From an uncultured Lutibacter sp. (GTDB lineage: Bacteria; Bacteroidota; Bacteroidia; Flavobacteriales; Flavobacteriaceae), in the NCBI RefSeq assembly GCF_947495725.1, contig NZ_CANLZZ010000003.1, positions 240,341 to 304,340 on the forward strand: a stretch of DNA of 64,000 nt, read 5' to 3'. Made by a program: the position numbers and the translations under genes. The stretch's first letter is position 1. The number at the start of each line of letters is the position of its first letter. The notes below the pieces were generated by a model that saw only the letters and a list, made by a program, of their open reading frames with translations, did not search any database and was not told where the DNA came from. This document shows positions 37,875 through 47,900 of this stretch, in pieces.

Positions 37875-38459
37875 ATGAATAAATTTGATAAATCTTATTG
37901 GGAAGAAAAATACAAAAAAAACAAAACTGGCTGGGATATTGGCTATATCTCCACTCCTATTAAAACATATATAGATCAACTTAAAAATAAAAATGTTTCT
38001 ATTTTAATTCCTGGTGCAGGTAATAGTTACGAAGCCGAATATTTACATTTAAATGGTTTTAGCAAAACTTCAGTTATAGATATTGCCAAACAACCTTTAT
38101 TAAATTTACACACAAGATTTCCTGATTTTCCAGAAGAAAATTTAATTCATTCAAACTTTTTTAATCACCAAAACAAGTATGATTTAATTATTGAACAAAC
38201 TTTTTTTTGTGCATTACACCCTTCTCAAAGAGAAGATTATGTAAATAAAATGTATAATTTATTAAATGAAGGTGGAAAATTAGTTGGCTTGTTTTTTGAT
38301 TTTAAACTAACCAAAGAAGGACCTCCTTTTGGTGGAAACATCATTGAATATATTCAATTGTTTTATGCTAAGTTTGAAATTAAAGTATTAGAAAGGTGCT
38401 ATAATTCTATAAAACCTAGAGATGGAAGAGAATTGTTTTTTATATTTACAAAAAAATAA
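37875..38459 (+). CDS. SAM-dependent methyltransferase, thiopurine S-methyltransferase (TPMT)-like
   Basis: 194 aa with WEEKYKKNKTGWDIG and the SAM motif ILIPGAGNSYEAEYL, consistent with the TPMT/halide methyltransferase family. Confidence 0.7.
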   Translation: MNKFDKSYWEEKYKKNKTGWDIGYISTPIKTYIDQLKNKNVSILIPGAGNSYEAEYLHLNGFSKTSVIDIAKQPLLNLHTRFPDFPEENLIHSNFFNHQNKYDLIIEQTFFCALHPSQREDYVNKMYNLLNEGGKLVGLFFDFKLTKEGPPFGGNIIEYIQLFYAKFEIKVLERCYNSIKPRDGRELFFIFTKK

Positions 38460-38464
38460 ATTTA

Positions 38465-38962
38465 ATGGATAGTTCAATTATTTTAACAAACGAGCAAATA
38501 GAAAATAAAACTCGAAGAATTGCTTATCAAATTTATGAAACCAATTCTAGTGAAAAAGAAATAGTAATTGCAGGTATTAATGGTAATGGTTATGTTTTTG
38601 CTGAAAAAATTGTAAAACTTTTAAATGATATTTCGGACTTAAAAGTAACTTTATGTGAAGTTAAGATTGATAAGAAAAACCCATTAAGTAAAATAACTAC
38701 AGATATTGATAAAAGTACTTATACAAATAAATCTTTAGTATTGGTAGATGATGTTTTAAGCTCAGGAACTACATTAATGTACGGGATTAAACATTTTCTT
38801 GAGGTTCCATTAAAACGATTTAAAACTGCAGTACTTATAAATAGAAATCATAAAAAATATCCGGTAAAAGCAGATTTTAAAGGAATTTCTCTATCTACAT
38901 CAATGCGAGAGCATATCAATGTAATTTTTGAAAAAGAAAACTCCTATGCTTTATTAGAGTAA
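38465..38962 (+). CDS. Phosphoribosyltransferase family protein (PyrR-like)
   Basis: 165 aa with the PRPP-binding loop LVLVDDVLSSGTTL. The N-terminal region (IENKTRRIAYQIYE) and the C-terminal region (INRNHKKYPVKADFKG) resemble PyrR. Confidence 0.75.
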   Translation: MDSSIILTNEQIENKTRRIAYQIYETNSSEKEIVIAGINGNGYVFAEKIVKLLNDISDLKVTLCEVKIDKKNPLSKITTDIDKSTYTNKSLVLVDDVLSSGTTLMYGIKHFLEVPLKRFKTAVLINRNHKKYPVKADFKGISLSTSMREHINVIFEKENSYALLE

Positions 38963-39463
38963 ACTTTGTAATTCTTTTACAATCTCTAAAATAGATTTAT
39001 CATTTACAGAAATACTTTTATGTGCTTTATTATAAAAAGCAGAACGCTCAAATAAGTGCTTACCAATATATTCGAGCAAATTTTCAATACCAATTGTAGC
39101 AACAAGCGGTCGCTTTGATGTTTCACTTTTTATTCGATTAAAAATAGTTTGAACAGATGCATTTAAATAAAACGATTTGGATTTTTCTAAAACTATATCC
39201 ATATTATTTCCATAACATGGAGTTCCACCACCTAGCGAAATAATACAGTTTTCTTCTAAATTTAATAACTCTTTTAAATATTCGCTTTCTTTTTTTCTAA
39301 AATAAATTTCTCCTTTATCTGAAAATATTTGGCTAATTGTTAATTTTTCAGATTCTTCAATGTATTCATCTAAGTCAAAAAATTGCATTTTTAACCTCTG
39401 AGCCAGTATTTTGCCTACCGCAGATTTTCCTGATGCCATATATCCTAAAAGTACAATTTTCAT
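38954..39463 (-). CDS. aroK: Shikimate kinase
   Basis: 169 aa with Walker A (GYMASGKSAVG), D..IE and the LGGG motif. Confidence 0.9.
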   Translation of the reverse strand: MKIVLLGYMASGKSAVGKILAQRLKMQFFDLDEYIEESEKLTISQIFSDKGEIYFRKKESEYLKELLNLEENCIISLGGGTPCYGNNMDIVLEKSKSFYLNASVQTIFNRIKSETSKRPLVATIGIENLLEYIGKHLFERSAFYNKAHKSISVNDKSILEIVKELQSLL

Positions 39464-39523
39464 AAAAATTCTTTATTAAATTTTAAGAATACAAATATCA
39501 ACTAAAAAAGTACAAAAAAAAAC

Positions 39524-39553
39524 TTGCATAATAAACAATTGATAGTATATTTG
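39524..39553 (+). promoter_or_regulatory. Bacteroidetes-type promoter for the tRNA-Lys / tRNA-Leu genes
   Basis: TTG (39524-39526), a 19-nt spacer, then TATATTTG (39546-39553), 26 nt upstream of tRNA-Lys. Confidence 0.6.
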
Positions 39554-39579
39554 CACTCGCATTTGCGAATGACAAATAC

Positions 39580-39652
39580 GACCTGGTAGCTCAGTTGGTA
39601 GAGCACCTCCCTTTTAAGGAGGTGGTCCTGGGTTCGAGCCCCAGCCAGGTCA
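39580..39652 (+). tRNA. tRNA-Lys (anticodon UUU)
   Basis: Folded by hand. Acceptor GACCTGG/CCAGGTC, D-stem GCTC/GAGC, anticodon stem CCTCC/GGAGG with loop CTTTTAA, and T-arm CTGGG-TTCGAGC-CCCAG. Confidence 0.93.
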
Positions 39653-39653
39653 C

Positions 39654-39683
39654 AAAAAGTTAAGTGAAAACTTAACTTTTTTT
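39654..39683 (+). terminator. Hairpin with T-run between the two tRNA genes
   Basis: AAAAAGTTAAG-TGAAAA-CTTAACTTTTTTT. Confidence 0.5.
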
Positions 39684-39700
39684 ATACCCTAAACTCAAAT

Positions 39701-39784
39701 GCACATATGGCGGAATTGGTAGACGCGTCAGCTTGAGGGGCTGGTGAACAATAGTTCGTGTAGGTTCGAATCCTATTATGTGCA
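39701..39784 (+). tRNA. tRNA-Leu (anticodon GAG), long variable arm
   Basis: Acceptor GCACATA/TATGTGC, and the D-arm TGGCGGAATTGGTAGACGCG typical of tRNA-Leu. The anticodon loop is TTGAGGG, the variable arm is long, and the T-arm is GTAGG-TTCGAAT-CCTAT. Confidence 0.9.
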
Positions 39785-40048
39785 CACTTTACATTTCAAA
39801 CAAGTATTTAGTATATAAAATTCCTTTAAAATTTAGATATTTATATTGTTAAGTTTATTAATAACATATAATAAAAACTTATTTGATAATTTAATAAAAA
39901 TAGGAAATGTATGTTCTAATAATAGAGATCAAATTAACTAAGAACATAAAAACAGTATTTCACTAAAATTAATAAACCTTTCTTTTGTTTGTATTTTAAA
40001 ATTATCGTATTTTTACCGCTTATGTAATACCCAAATCTATAAAAGAAC

Positions 40049-40753
40049 ATGAAAAAAATATTAGTTTCTATGGTGGTTTTAAGTACTTTGTTATGGTCTT
40101 GCGGAGGATCAGGTGGAGATACCCCAGATCCAGATCCAGACCCAATAAACAAAGCTCCCTCAACACCTAGTTTGGTATACCCATCTGCAAATTTACTTTG
40201 TATAGATAATTCTATTGAATTTAAATGGAATGCTTCAACAGATCCAGATGGAGACAATATTTCTTATGTAATTCAAATTGCAAAAGATAATGCTTTTACA
40301 AACATTGTTGAAACCGTTACAAATTCTTCAACTACAAGAACTATTTCTTTAGAAAAAGGTGTTGCATATTATTGGAGAGTTAATGCAAAAGATAGTAAAA
40401 ATAATTATAGTGCATATACTTCGGCAAATTCATTTTATACAGAAGGTATTGGAGTTTCAAATTACGTTCCTTTTTCTCCTTCTATTGTATCCCCAAGTTT
40501 AAATGCTGTAGTTACAGAATCTACTGCCACTTTAGAATGGGATGCTTCTGATGTAGATGATGATCCATTAACCTATGATGTGTATTTTGGCACTGATAAC
40601 CCTCCAACTTCTAAAAAAGCTACAGATCAATCTGGAAAAACTTATACTACTGCTAGTTTAAATAGTTCTACCGACTATTATTGGAAAGTAGTTGTAAAAG
40701 ATGGCAATGGTGGAGAAGCCATTGGTCAAGTATGGAATTTTAAGACAGATTAA
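40049..40753 (+). CDS. Lipoprotein with two fibronectin-type-III-like modules
   Basis: 234 aa with lipobox LWSCGG and a PDPDPDP linker. Two related modules are present (FKWNASTDPDGDNISY...YYWRV and LEWDASDVDDDPLTYDVYF...YYWKV). Confidence 0.7.
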   Translation: MKKILVSMVVLSTLLWSCGGSGGDTPDPDPDPINKAPSTPSLVYPSANLLCIDNSIEFKWNASTDPDGDNISYVIQIAKDNAFTNIVETVTNSSTTRTISLEKGVAYYWRVNAKDSKNNYSAYTSANSFYTEGIGVSNYVPFSPSIVSPSLNAVVTESTATLEWDASDVDDDPLTYDVYFGTDNPPTSKKATDQSGKTYTTASLNSSTDYYWKVVVKDGNGGEAIGQVWNFKTD

Positions 40754-40864
40754 AAAATATCATATTTTATGAAAAAAGTAGAGCTGTCATTTTAACTAAA
40801 AGACAGCTTTATTTTTTTGTAATAATTTAACAAAAATATTCATCATTAATAACTATAATTGTAA

Positions 40865-41683
40865 ATGAAAAAAAAGTTATTTCTACCTATAATATTATTT
40901 ATTACAACACTTGTTTTTTCACAAGAACCAATTGAAAAAGATTCAATAATAAATAATGCTTTAACTACATCATTAAAAGGACAAGTAGTAAACCAACTTG
41001 ATAAAACTCCCTTAAAAGGTGCTCATTTATTTAATTTAAACTCCGTATTTGGAACAATTACAGATGAAACTGGTAAGTTCGATATTGCCACAGCTGTTAA
41101 TGACACCATTTATATATCTTATTTAGGATATCAATCCATAAAGTTAAAAATTACCAATGATTTACTAAAAGGAAATGAACTTGTTATAGAGTTATATGAA
41201 AAAACAGAACAAATTGAAGAAGTTGTTTTAAAATCTCATAAATTAATTGGAGTTTTAGAAATTGATTCAAAAAATGTACCTAAAGATAAGTTTTCACGTA
41301 TTCATATTAATGGACTGCCTCAAACTTATGAAGTTGGTGTTAGGCAACGTCGTGAATTTAATTCGCCCGTAGATGCTCTATTTAGACCTATTGATTTTGT
41401 TTATAATATGTTTGGTAAAAATCCGAAACAATTAAAAAAGCTAAAAAAAATGCGTGATAATGATGAATTACGTCAGCTTTTGGAGGCAAAATTTAACCGA
41501 GAGTTAATGATGGAATACTTGGAAATGGACGCTAATGAATTAAATGAATTATTAAATGAATGTAATTATTCTGATTACTTTATTAAACAAGCCAGTGATC
41601 TTCAATTAATTGAAGCTGTTTTGCTTTGCTATGAAAATTATAAGGCAATTAAAAAAGGAAGCACTATTAAAGACAAAAATTAA
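40865..41683 (+). CDS. Carboxypeptidase-regulatory-like domain protein
   Basis: 272 aa with a signal peptide. LKGQVVNQLDKTPLKGAHLF...GKFDI....DTIYISYLGYQS is typical of the CarboxypepD_reg-like fold. Confidence 0.65.
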   Translation: MKKKLFLPIILFITTLVFSQEPIEKDSIINNALTTSLKGQVVNQLDKTPLKGAHLFNLNSVFGTITDETGKFDIATAVNDTIYISYLGYQSIKLKITNDLLKGNELVIELYEKTEQIEEVVLKSHKLIGVLEIDSKNVPKDKFSRIHINGLPQTYEVGVRQRREFNSPVDALFRPIDFVYNMFGKNPKQLKKLKKMRDNDELRQLLEAKFNRELMMEYLEMDANELNELLNECNYSDYFIKQASDLQLIEAVLLCYENYKAIKKGSTIKDKN

Positions 41684-41743
41684 ACATATTATATTACAAT
41701 ATAATTTAAAGCCAACTATTGTTGGCTTTTTTTAACTACTATT

Positions 41744-42856
41744 ATGGAATATAAAGAAATAGATTCGAACATTGATTTATTAAAAGTTCTTGAATTTGAA
41801 AATGAATTAACCTATTATGCCTTTCAAAATATAGATTTTAGTAATATTTTAAATGTATCCACAAACATATCATTTTACAATTGCATATTTTTAGGTTGTA
41901 CCATTCCAGATCATATAAACACTAAAGTTTCTAAAGATTGTCTTATTTTTCCACAAATTAAAGCTCCTTTTAATCCTTTTATAAACTCATTATATACTAA
42001 AGAAATACTTTATAATAATTATAAAGTTGGAGTTCCAAAAAGTTACGAACTTACCCTTGACAAAGTAGTTTATAATCATTTTATTAAACACGGAAAAGAA
42101 GCTAAGGATATTAAAGAAACTTTAACTAGACGTTTGCACGATCATTCTATAACAAACGCATTAAACGATTTTATTTCAAACTATGAAAAACGTAAAATAG
42201 TTGCAATTATGGGTGGCCACAGTCTTTCTAGAAACGATAAAAATTATTTATCTGTTGCCCGGATTAGTAAAAAACTTACAGAGTTAGGTTATTTAATGAT
42301 TTCTGGTGGTGGTCCTGGAGCTATGGAAGCAACCCATGTTGGAGCTTGGTTTGGAGGAAAAAATGATTCGGTATTAGTTGATGCAATTGAAATATTAGCA
42401 AAAGCACCTTTATATAATCATGAGCTTTGGTTAGATCAGGCATTTAAAGTATTAGAAAAATATCCTAGTACTAATTATAAAAGTTTAGGTATTCCAACTT
42501 GGTTATACGGCCACGAACCTCCTACTCCATTTGCTACAAATATTGCTAAGTATTTTGCCAATAGTGTACGTGAAGAAGGCTTATTAGCTATAGCTAAAGG
42601 AGGTGTTATCTTTTCTCCTGGAAGCGCAGGTACAATTCAAGAAATATTTCAAGATGCTACACAAAACCATTATTTAAGCTACGGTTTTGCAAGCCCAATG
42701 GTATTTTTAAATAAAGATTATTGGACTGTAAATAGACCTATATATCCACTTCTTTTAAGTCTTACTGAAGAAGAAAAATATAAAAATATGATTCTCTCTA
42801 TTTATGATACCGAAGATGATGTAATTGCTGAGATAGAAAAATTTCCAAAAGCATAA
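41744..42856 (+). CDS. LOG/PpnN-like Rossmann-fold nucleotide-binding protein with an N-terminal extension
   Basis: 370 aa. The C-terminal ~220 aa carry LOG-family motifs (IMGGHS..., SGGGPGAMEA, PGSAGTIQEIFQ). The N-terminal ~150 aa are unassigned. Confidence 0.7.
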   Translation: MEYKEIDSNIDLLKVLEFENELTYYAFQNIDFSNILNVSTNISFYNCIFLGCTIPDHINTKVSKDCLIFPQIKAPFNPFINSLYTKEILYNNYKVGVPKSYELTLDKVVYNHFIKHGKEAKDIKETLTRRLHDHSITNALNDFISNYEKRKIVAIMGGHSLSRNDKNYLSVARISKKLTELGYLMISGGGPGAMEATHVGAWFGGKNDSVLVDAIEILAKAPLYNHELWLDQAFKVLEKYPSTNYKSLGIPTWLYGHEPPTPFATNIAKYFANSVREEGLLAIAKGGVIFSPGSAGTIQEIFQDATQNHYLSYGFASPMVFLNKDYWTVNRPIYPLLLSLTEEEKYKNMILSIYDTEDDVIAEIEKFPKA

Positions 42857-42859
42857 AAC

Positions 42860-42891
42860 AAAAAAGGCAACCAAATTGGTTGCCTTTTTTT
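42860..42891. terminator. Bidirectional terminator between convergent LOG-like and SPFH genes
   Basis: AAAAAAGGCAACCAAATTGGTTGCCTTTTTTT, with a 9-bp stem. Confidence 0.8.
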
Positions 42892-42908
42892 ATATAAAAT
42901 TCTATTTT

Positions 42909-43739
42909 TTATTGATTTCCTAATATTATTGGTAAACCATCTTTACCACTTCCAATAACTATTATTTTACTATTTGGTGAATTAGACAACTGCATTGTTG
43001 CTTCAATTCCTTTATCTTGTAAAATTTTATCAGTTAATGAAGCACTTAATATTTTATTGGCATCAGCTTTACCCTTTGCTTCAATAATTTGCTTTTCAGC
43101 TTCTTTAGCCGCTGTAACTAATCTAAATTCATATTCTAATGATTCTTGCTCTTGTTTTAATTTACGTTCAATAGCGTCTTTAATTGTTGCAGGTAAGGTT
43201 ACATCTCTTACCAATACTTCATTTAGCTCAATATATTGACCGTCTAATATCTTTTTAGCTTCATCAAAAATTTCACTTTGAATTACATCTCTTTTACTTG
43301 CATATAATTGTTCTGGTGTATAACGACCAACAACACTACGAGCAGCAGAACGAAGTGTAGGTTTAATTACTCTTTCTAAGTAATTTTCACCTTTTTCTTG
43401 ATGCAATCTACCCAAATCTTCTGGTCTAGGCATATACCATGACGATGTTTCCAATATAATATCCAAACCATTAGATGAAAGTACTTTCATTTTCTCAAAT
43501 AATTCTTGTTGACGTACTTCATAAACCACAACATCATTCCAAGGAGCAACAATATGAAACCCTTCTCCTAAAGGTGGTTTGTCGGTCACTACCCCTCCAT
43601 CAAATCGTTTCCATAATACTCCTGCTTCACCAGCATCAATATTAACCGCTGACTTTGATATAAATATAATTGCAATAATCCCAATAAAAATTAGAGGCAT
43701 TAATGTTTTTGGTAATTGTAATTGTCCGTTACTGGCCAT
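42909..43739 (-). CDS. SPFH/band-7 (prohibitin/HflC-like) membrane protein
   Basis: 276 aa with an N-terminal TM helix, an SPFH core (VNIDAGEAGVLWKRF...) and a coiled-coil tail (KQEQESLEYEFRLVTAAKEAEKQIIEAKG). Confidence 0.88.
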   Translation of the reverse strand: MASNGQLQLPKTLMPLIFIGIIAIIFISKSAVNIDAGEAGVLWKRFDGGVVTDKPPLGEGFHIVAPWNDVVVYEVRQQELFEKMKVLSSNGLDIILETSSWYMPRPEDLGRLHQEKGENYLERVIKPTLRSAARSVVGRYTPEQLYASKRDVIQSEIFDEAKKILDGQYIELNEVLVRDVTLPATIKDAIERKLKQEQESLEYEFRLVTAAKEAEKQIIEAKGKADANKILSASLTDKILQDKGIEATMQLSNSPNSKIIVIGSGKDGLPIILGNQ

Positions 43740-43838
43740 AATTTAATTTAGTTTTAATTTATTCAAAAATACAAAACAGTTTTCATTAAAAATCTTTTTT
43801 GACTTATTTATTACTTTTAAGTATAATTTTACTTTCTT

Positions 43839-44963
43839 TTAAGGTATAAAAACACCATTTAATAATATTTGCTTATCTCTTAACTGTAAATTATTTTCTA
43901 GTATTTCAACAAAATCTTCATTTTTTACACCAATAGAAACAACCGTTTTTTCGAATAAATAGGTATCCGGATTTTCTTTATTTAAAACCATAATATAGGC
44001 TTTTCCATTATCTTCAATAACTGCAGAAGCCGGTAATGCCATTTTTTTAAGTAATCCTGTCACTATTTCTCCTTCCATATACATTCCAACAATAAAAGAC
44101 TTACTTTCTTTTAAATGAACGTGAACTTTAACAGATCTACTTTCTTTAGAAATAGTATTAGCTATTAAATCAACTTCTCCATTATATATTTTCGAAGAAT
44201 TTTCGGGTGATTTAAAATTAACTTGTTGTCCTTTTTTTAAACTCATTACATCTTTTTCAAATACAATTAATTCTAGATGTTTTTTCTGGTCATCAATAAT
44301 TTCTAAAAGCACTTCAGAAGTATTCATATATTTACCTACACTTGTATTAACCATAGATACAATTCCTGAAATTGGTGCGTAAACAGGTATAATTGATGTG
44401 ATTTTACCTAATTTAACATTTGAAGTATTGATGTTCATTAAACCTAATTTTTCTTCTAAACCATTACATATTGCTTTAGATTTTTTTAAATTAACTTCTG
44501 CTTTTAAATAATTTTTATGAGATGTAATTTTTTCTTTAAATAACGTTTTTTGTCGTTCAAATTCACTTTCTAAATAGTTTAATTCTTCAACAATTTCTAG
44601 ATATTGTTGCTGAATCTCAATAAATTCTGGGTTTTGAATAGTTAACAGCAATTGTCCTTTTTTTACCTTATCACCTACTAATAAATTTGCTTTTTTAACA
44701 AAACCACCCATTATGGTGCTTACGCTTGCTTTATTTGCTGGAGGAACATTAATATAACCATTGGTTTTTATAGATGCTTTAAATAGTTTTGGTTCTATAA
44801 TTCCTGTTGACATATTGGAATTTATAAATTGCGATTTAGTAATTTCAACTAGATTATCATTTTCAACTATATTGTTTTCTGAATTGTTCTTTTCTGAAGA
44901 ATTATCGCAAGCAATTAGTGTTAATAAAATTATATATATAATTTTTATCAGGTGTTTTTTCAT
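43839..44963 (-). CDS. Efflux RND periplasmic adaptor subunit (CzcB/HlyD-like)
   Basis: 374 aa with lipobox LIACDN. The lipoyl/hairpin/beta-barrel pattern shows in VKKGQLLLTIQNPEF and the coiled-coil hairpin. The gene lies 2 nt downstream of the RND pump gene. Confidence 0.88.
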   Translation of the reverse strand: MKKHLIKIIYIILLTLIACDNSSEKNNSENNIVENDNLVEITKSQFINSNMSTGIIEPKLFKASIKTNGYINVPPANKASVSTIMGGFVKKANLLVGDKVKKGQLLLTIQNPEFIEIQQQYLEIVEELNYLESEFERQKTLFKEKITSHKNYLKAEVNLKKSKAICNGLEEKLGLMNINTSNVKLGKITSIIPVYAPISGIVSMVNTSVGKYMNTSEVLLEIIDDQKKHLELIVFEKDVMSLKKGQQVNFKSPENSSKIYNGEVDLIANTISKESRSVKVHVHLKESKSFIVGMYMEGEIVTGLLKKMALPASAVIEDNGKAYIMVLNKENPDTYLFEKTVVSIGVKNEDFVEILENNLQLRDKQILLNGVFIP

Positions 44964-44965
44964 TT

Positions 44966-47900
44966 TTATAAGTTTAAATAATTAATTTCTAAAACAAGTT
45001 GATTGTATTTATTTAAATTGTCTAAATATTCAATTTTTAATTGATAAACCATTTCAAGACTTTGTATGTATTGAAAGAAATCAATTTCACCATTTTTATA
45101 GCTACCATTTGCTGTTTTTAATATTTCTTTTGCTAAACTTTCCCCACTCTTTTCAAAATATGTTAATTGAAGTTCAATTTTTTCCAATTCCTGATTTAGA
45201 ACCTTATATTTTGATTTAAGTTTAAGATTATTTTCAAAAATTAAATCATCAGCAATATCTTGTTCAATTTTAGCTACCGATATTTTTGAAGTTTTGTTTG
45301 CCAAAAAAATGGGCAATGCTATTCCAGCTTGGAAACTATTAACTGTGTTATTTGCATCTTTAATTTTACTAGAAAAATAGTTAAATTGTAAATCGGGTAA
45401 TAATTGTTGTGTTAGCATTTTTTTTTGAAACGTAACTTTTTCTTTATTTCTTTGAAAATACTGAGTAATTGTATGATTTAATATATCAATTTTTTGAAGA
45501 TTTATTTTTTTTAAATCAATTGGATTAATTTCAAAATTATCCTTTATTTGAACTAATAATTTTAATTCTTCAAAGGCAATTAACCTATCTTTTTTTAACG
45601 ATTCCAATTCAACAGAATACAATTTATATTTAGATTGAGATGTTATTTTTTCTAAGTAATTAGACTCACCTAATTCAAATTTTCGATTTGCAGCATTTGA
45701 AAAATTACTATACAAGCTATCTATATACATCAATTCTTCTAATTTTTCATCTATATACACAAGTTTATAGTATGCTTGAGAAACTTTCTTTATTAACTCA
45801 TTTTCAGTAGTTTTACTTTTTATTTCTTGAAGTTCTAAATTAATTTTAGCTATATTTTTTTTACTAAAATAAACCGTTGGAAATTCAATTGTTTGTTCCA
45901 CTCCAAAGGTTTCAAACGGAATTCCATTTTCATTTAAATTAGTACGATCTTTTAAATAATAGAGTGTTGTTTTTTCTAAATCAAAGGCTCCTTTCAAATT
46001 CTTTTTACTCTGTAAAACTTTTTGTTTTTGAATGTTCAAATGTTTGTTATTTTTAATTGCTAGGTTTTGCAAATCATTTAAAGAAAAAAACTTACTTTGA
46101 GAAAAACTCAAAAATGGAACAATAAGAAACACCAAAAATGGTAATGTTTTTTTATTTATTATTCGATTTATTTTAAAATCTTTATTCTCAAAAATAGCAT
46201 ATAACACAGGTAAAACAACCAGTGTTAATAACGTTGCTGTTACTAATCCTCCAATAACTACGGTGGCTAAAGGTCTTTGAACTTCTGCTCCTGCATTTGT
46301 TGAAACTGCCATTGGTAAAAAACCTAATGCCGCCGCCGCAGCAGTTAAAACTACTGGACGTAAACGTTCTTTTGTTCCTTTTAATATTCTTTCATTTACA
46401 TTATATATACCTTGTTCTTTTAAAGATTTTAAATGTTCAATTAAAACTATTCCATTTAAAACAGCAATACCAAAAAGCGCAATAAATCCAACACCTGCAG
46501 AAATGCTAAATGGCAAACCTCTTAACCATAAAAATAAAACCCCACCTACTGCAGATAATGGAATTGCTGAAAAAATCATTAAAGCATCTTTAATAGAATT
46601 AAATGCAAAATGAAGTAAAATAAATATTAAAATTAGGGCTATTGGAACAACTATTTTTAAACGATTTTTTGCACTATTTAAGTTTTTGAATTGTCCTCCA
46701 TAAGAGATAAAATAACCTATTGGTAATTTAACATTAGCATCAATAATACTTTTTATATCTTTTACTACAGTTTCCATGTCTCTATTTCTAACATTTACAC
46801 CAATTACAATACGCCTTTTTGTATCATCTCTTGAAATTTTTGCAGGACCTTTTGTATAATTTATTTCCGCTACCTCGTTTAATGGTATTTTTATTCCCAT
46901 TGGAGTATCAATATATAAGTTTCGAAGATTATCAATATTTTTTCTAAAATCTGAGTGTAATCTTACAACTAAATCAAATTTTCGTTCCCCTTCAAAAACA
47001 CTTCCTAAAGTATTTCCTGCAAAAGCCATTGATACCATATGATTTAATTCTTTGATATTTAAGCCATACCTTGCCACTTTGCTTCTGTTATAGATTACCG
47101 ACATTTGAGGTAAGCCTTCAATTTTTTCAACAATTATATCAGATGCTCCTTCAACATTTAAAATTTTTCTTTTTATTTCATCTGCCTTGCTGGCTAAAAT
47201 GTTTAAATCATCTCCAAATATTTTTATGGCTACATCTGCCCTTACCCCTGTAATTAGTTCGTTAAAGCGCATTTCTATGGGTTGTGTAAATTCAAAATCA
47301 ATTCCAGGTATAATGGACAATTTATCTTTAAACTTATCAGCTAACTCGTCTTTTGAACTTGCAGAAACCCATTCACCCTTTGGTTTCAGTTTAATAATAA
47401 CATCACTTTCTTCCATAGACATAGGATCTGTAGGAACTTCTGCGGCTCCTATTCTTGATACAACTTGATCTACTTCAGGAAAATTATCTAATAGTATTTG
47501 TTCAATTTTAGTGGTTATTTGGGTTGTTTTTGAAAGCGATGTTCCAGTTTTTAAAACAGGCTGAATAACAAAATCTCCTTCATCTAATGTTGGAATAAAC
47601 TCGCCTCCCATATTTCCAAATATTAATCCCGTAATTATTAATAAAACCACTGATGCGATTACAACAAGTTTTTTACTTTTTAATGCAAATTTTATTACGG
47701 GTTCGTATAAAGTATAAAAGAAACTTATTATTTTTTTTGAAACATTATTTTCTGAAACCTTTTCTGGCTTTAGAAACATAGATGAAATTACTGGTACATA
47801 GGTAAAACAAAAAAACATAGCACCAATTAGTGCAAAACTAAATGCCATTGCCATTGGTTTAAACATTTTTCCTTCAACACCACTTAAAGATAAAATAGGA

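Noticed and set aside
39785-43739. A genomic island integrated at the tRNA-Lys/tRNA-Leu locus.
   Set aside because: There is no integrase, no recognisable direct repeat of the tRNA 3' end, and no mobility genes. The downstream genes look like ordinary conserved flavobacterial genes.
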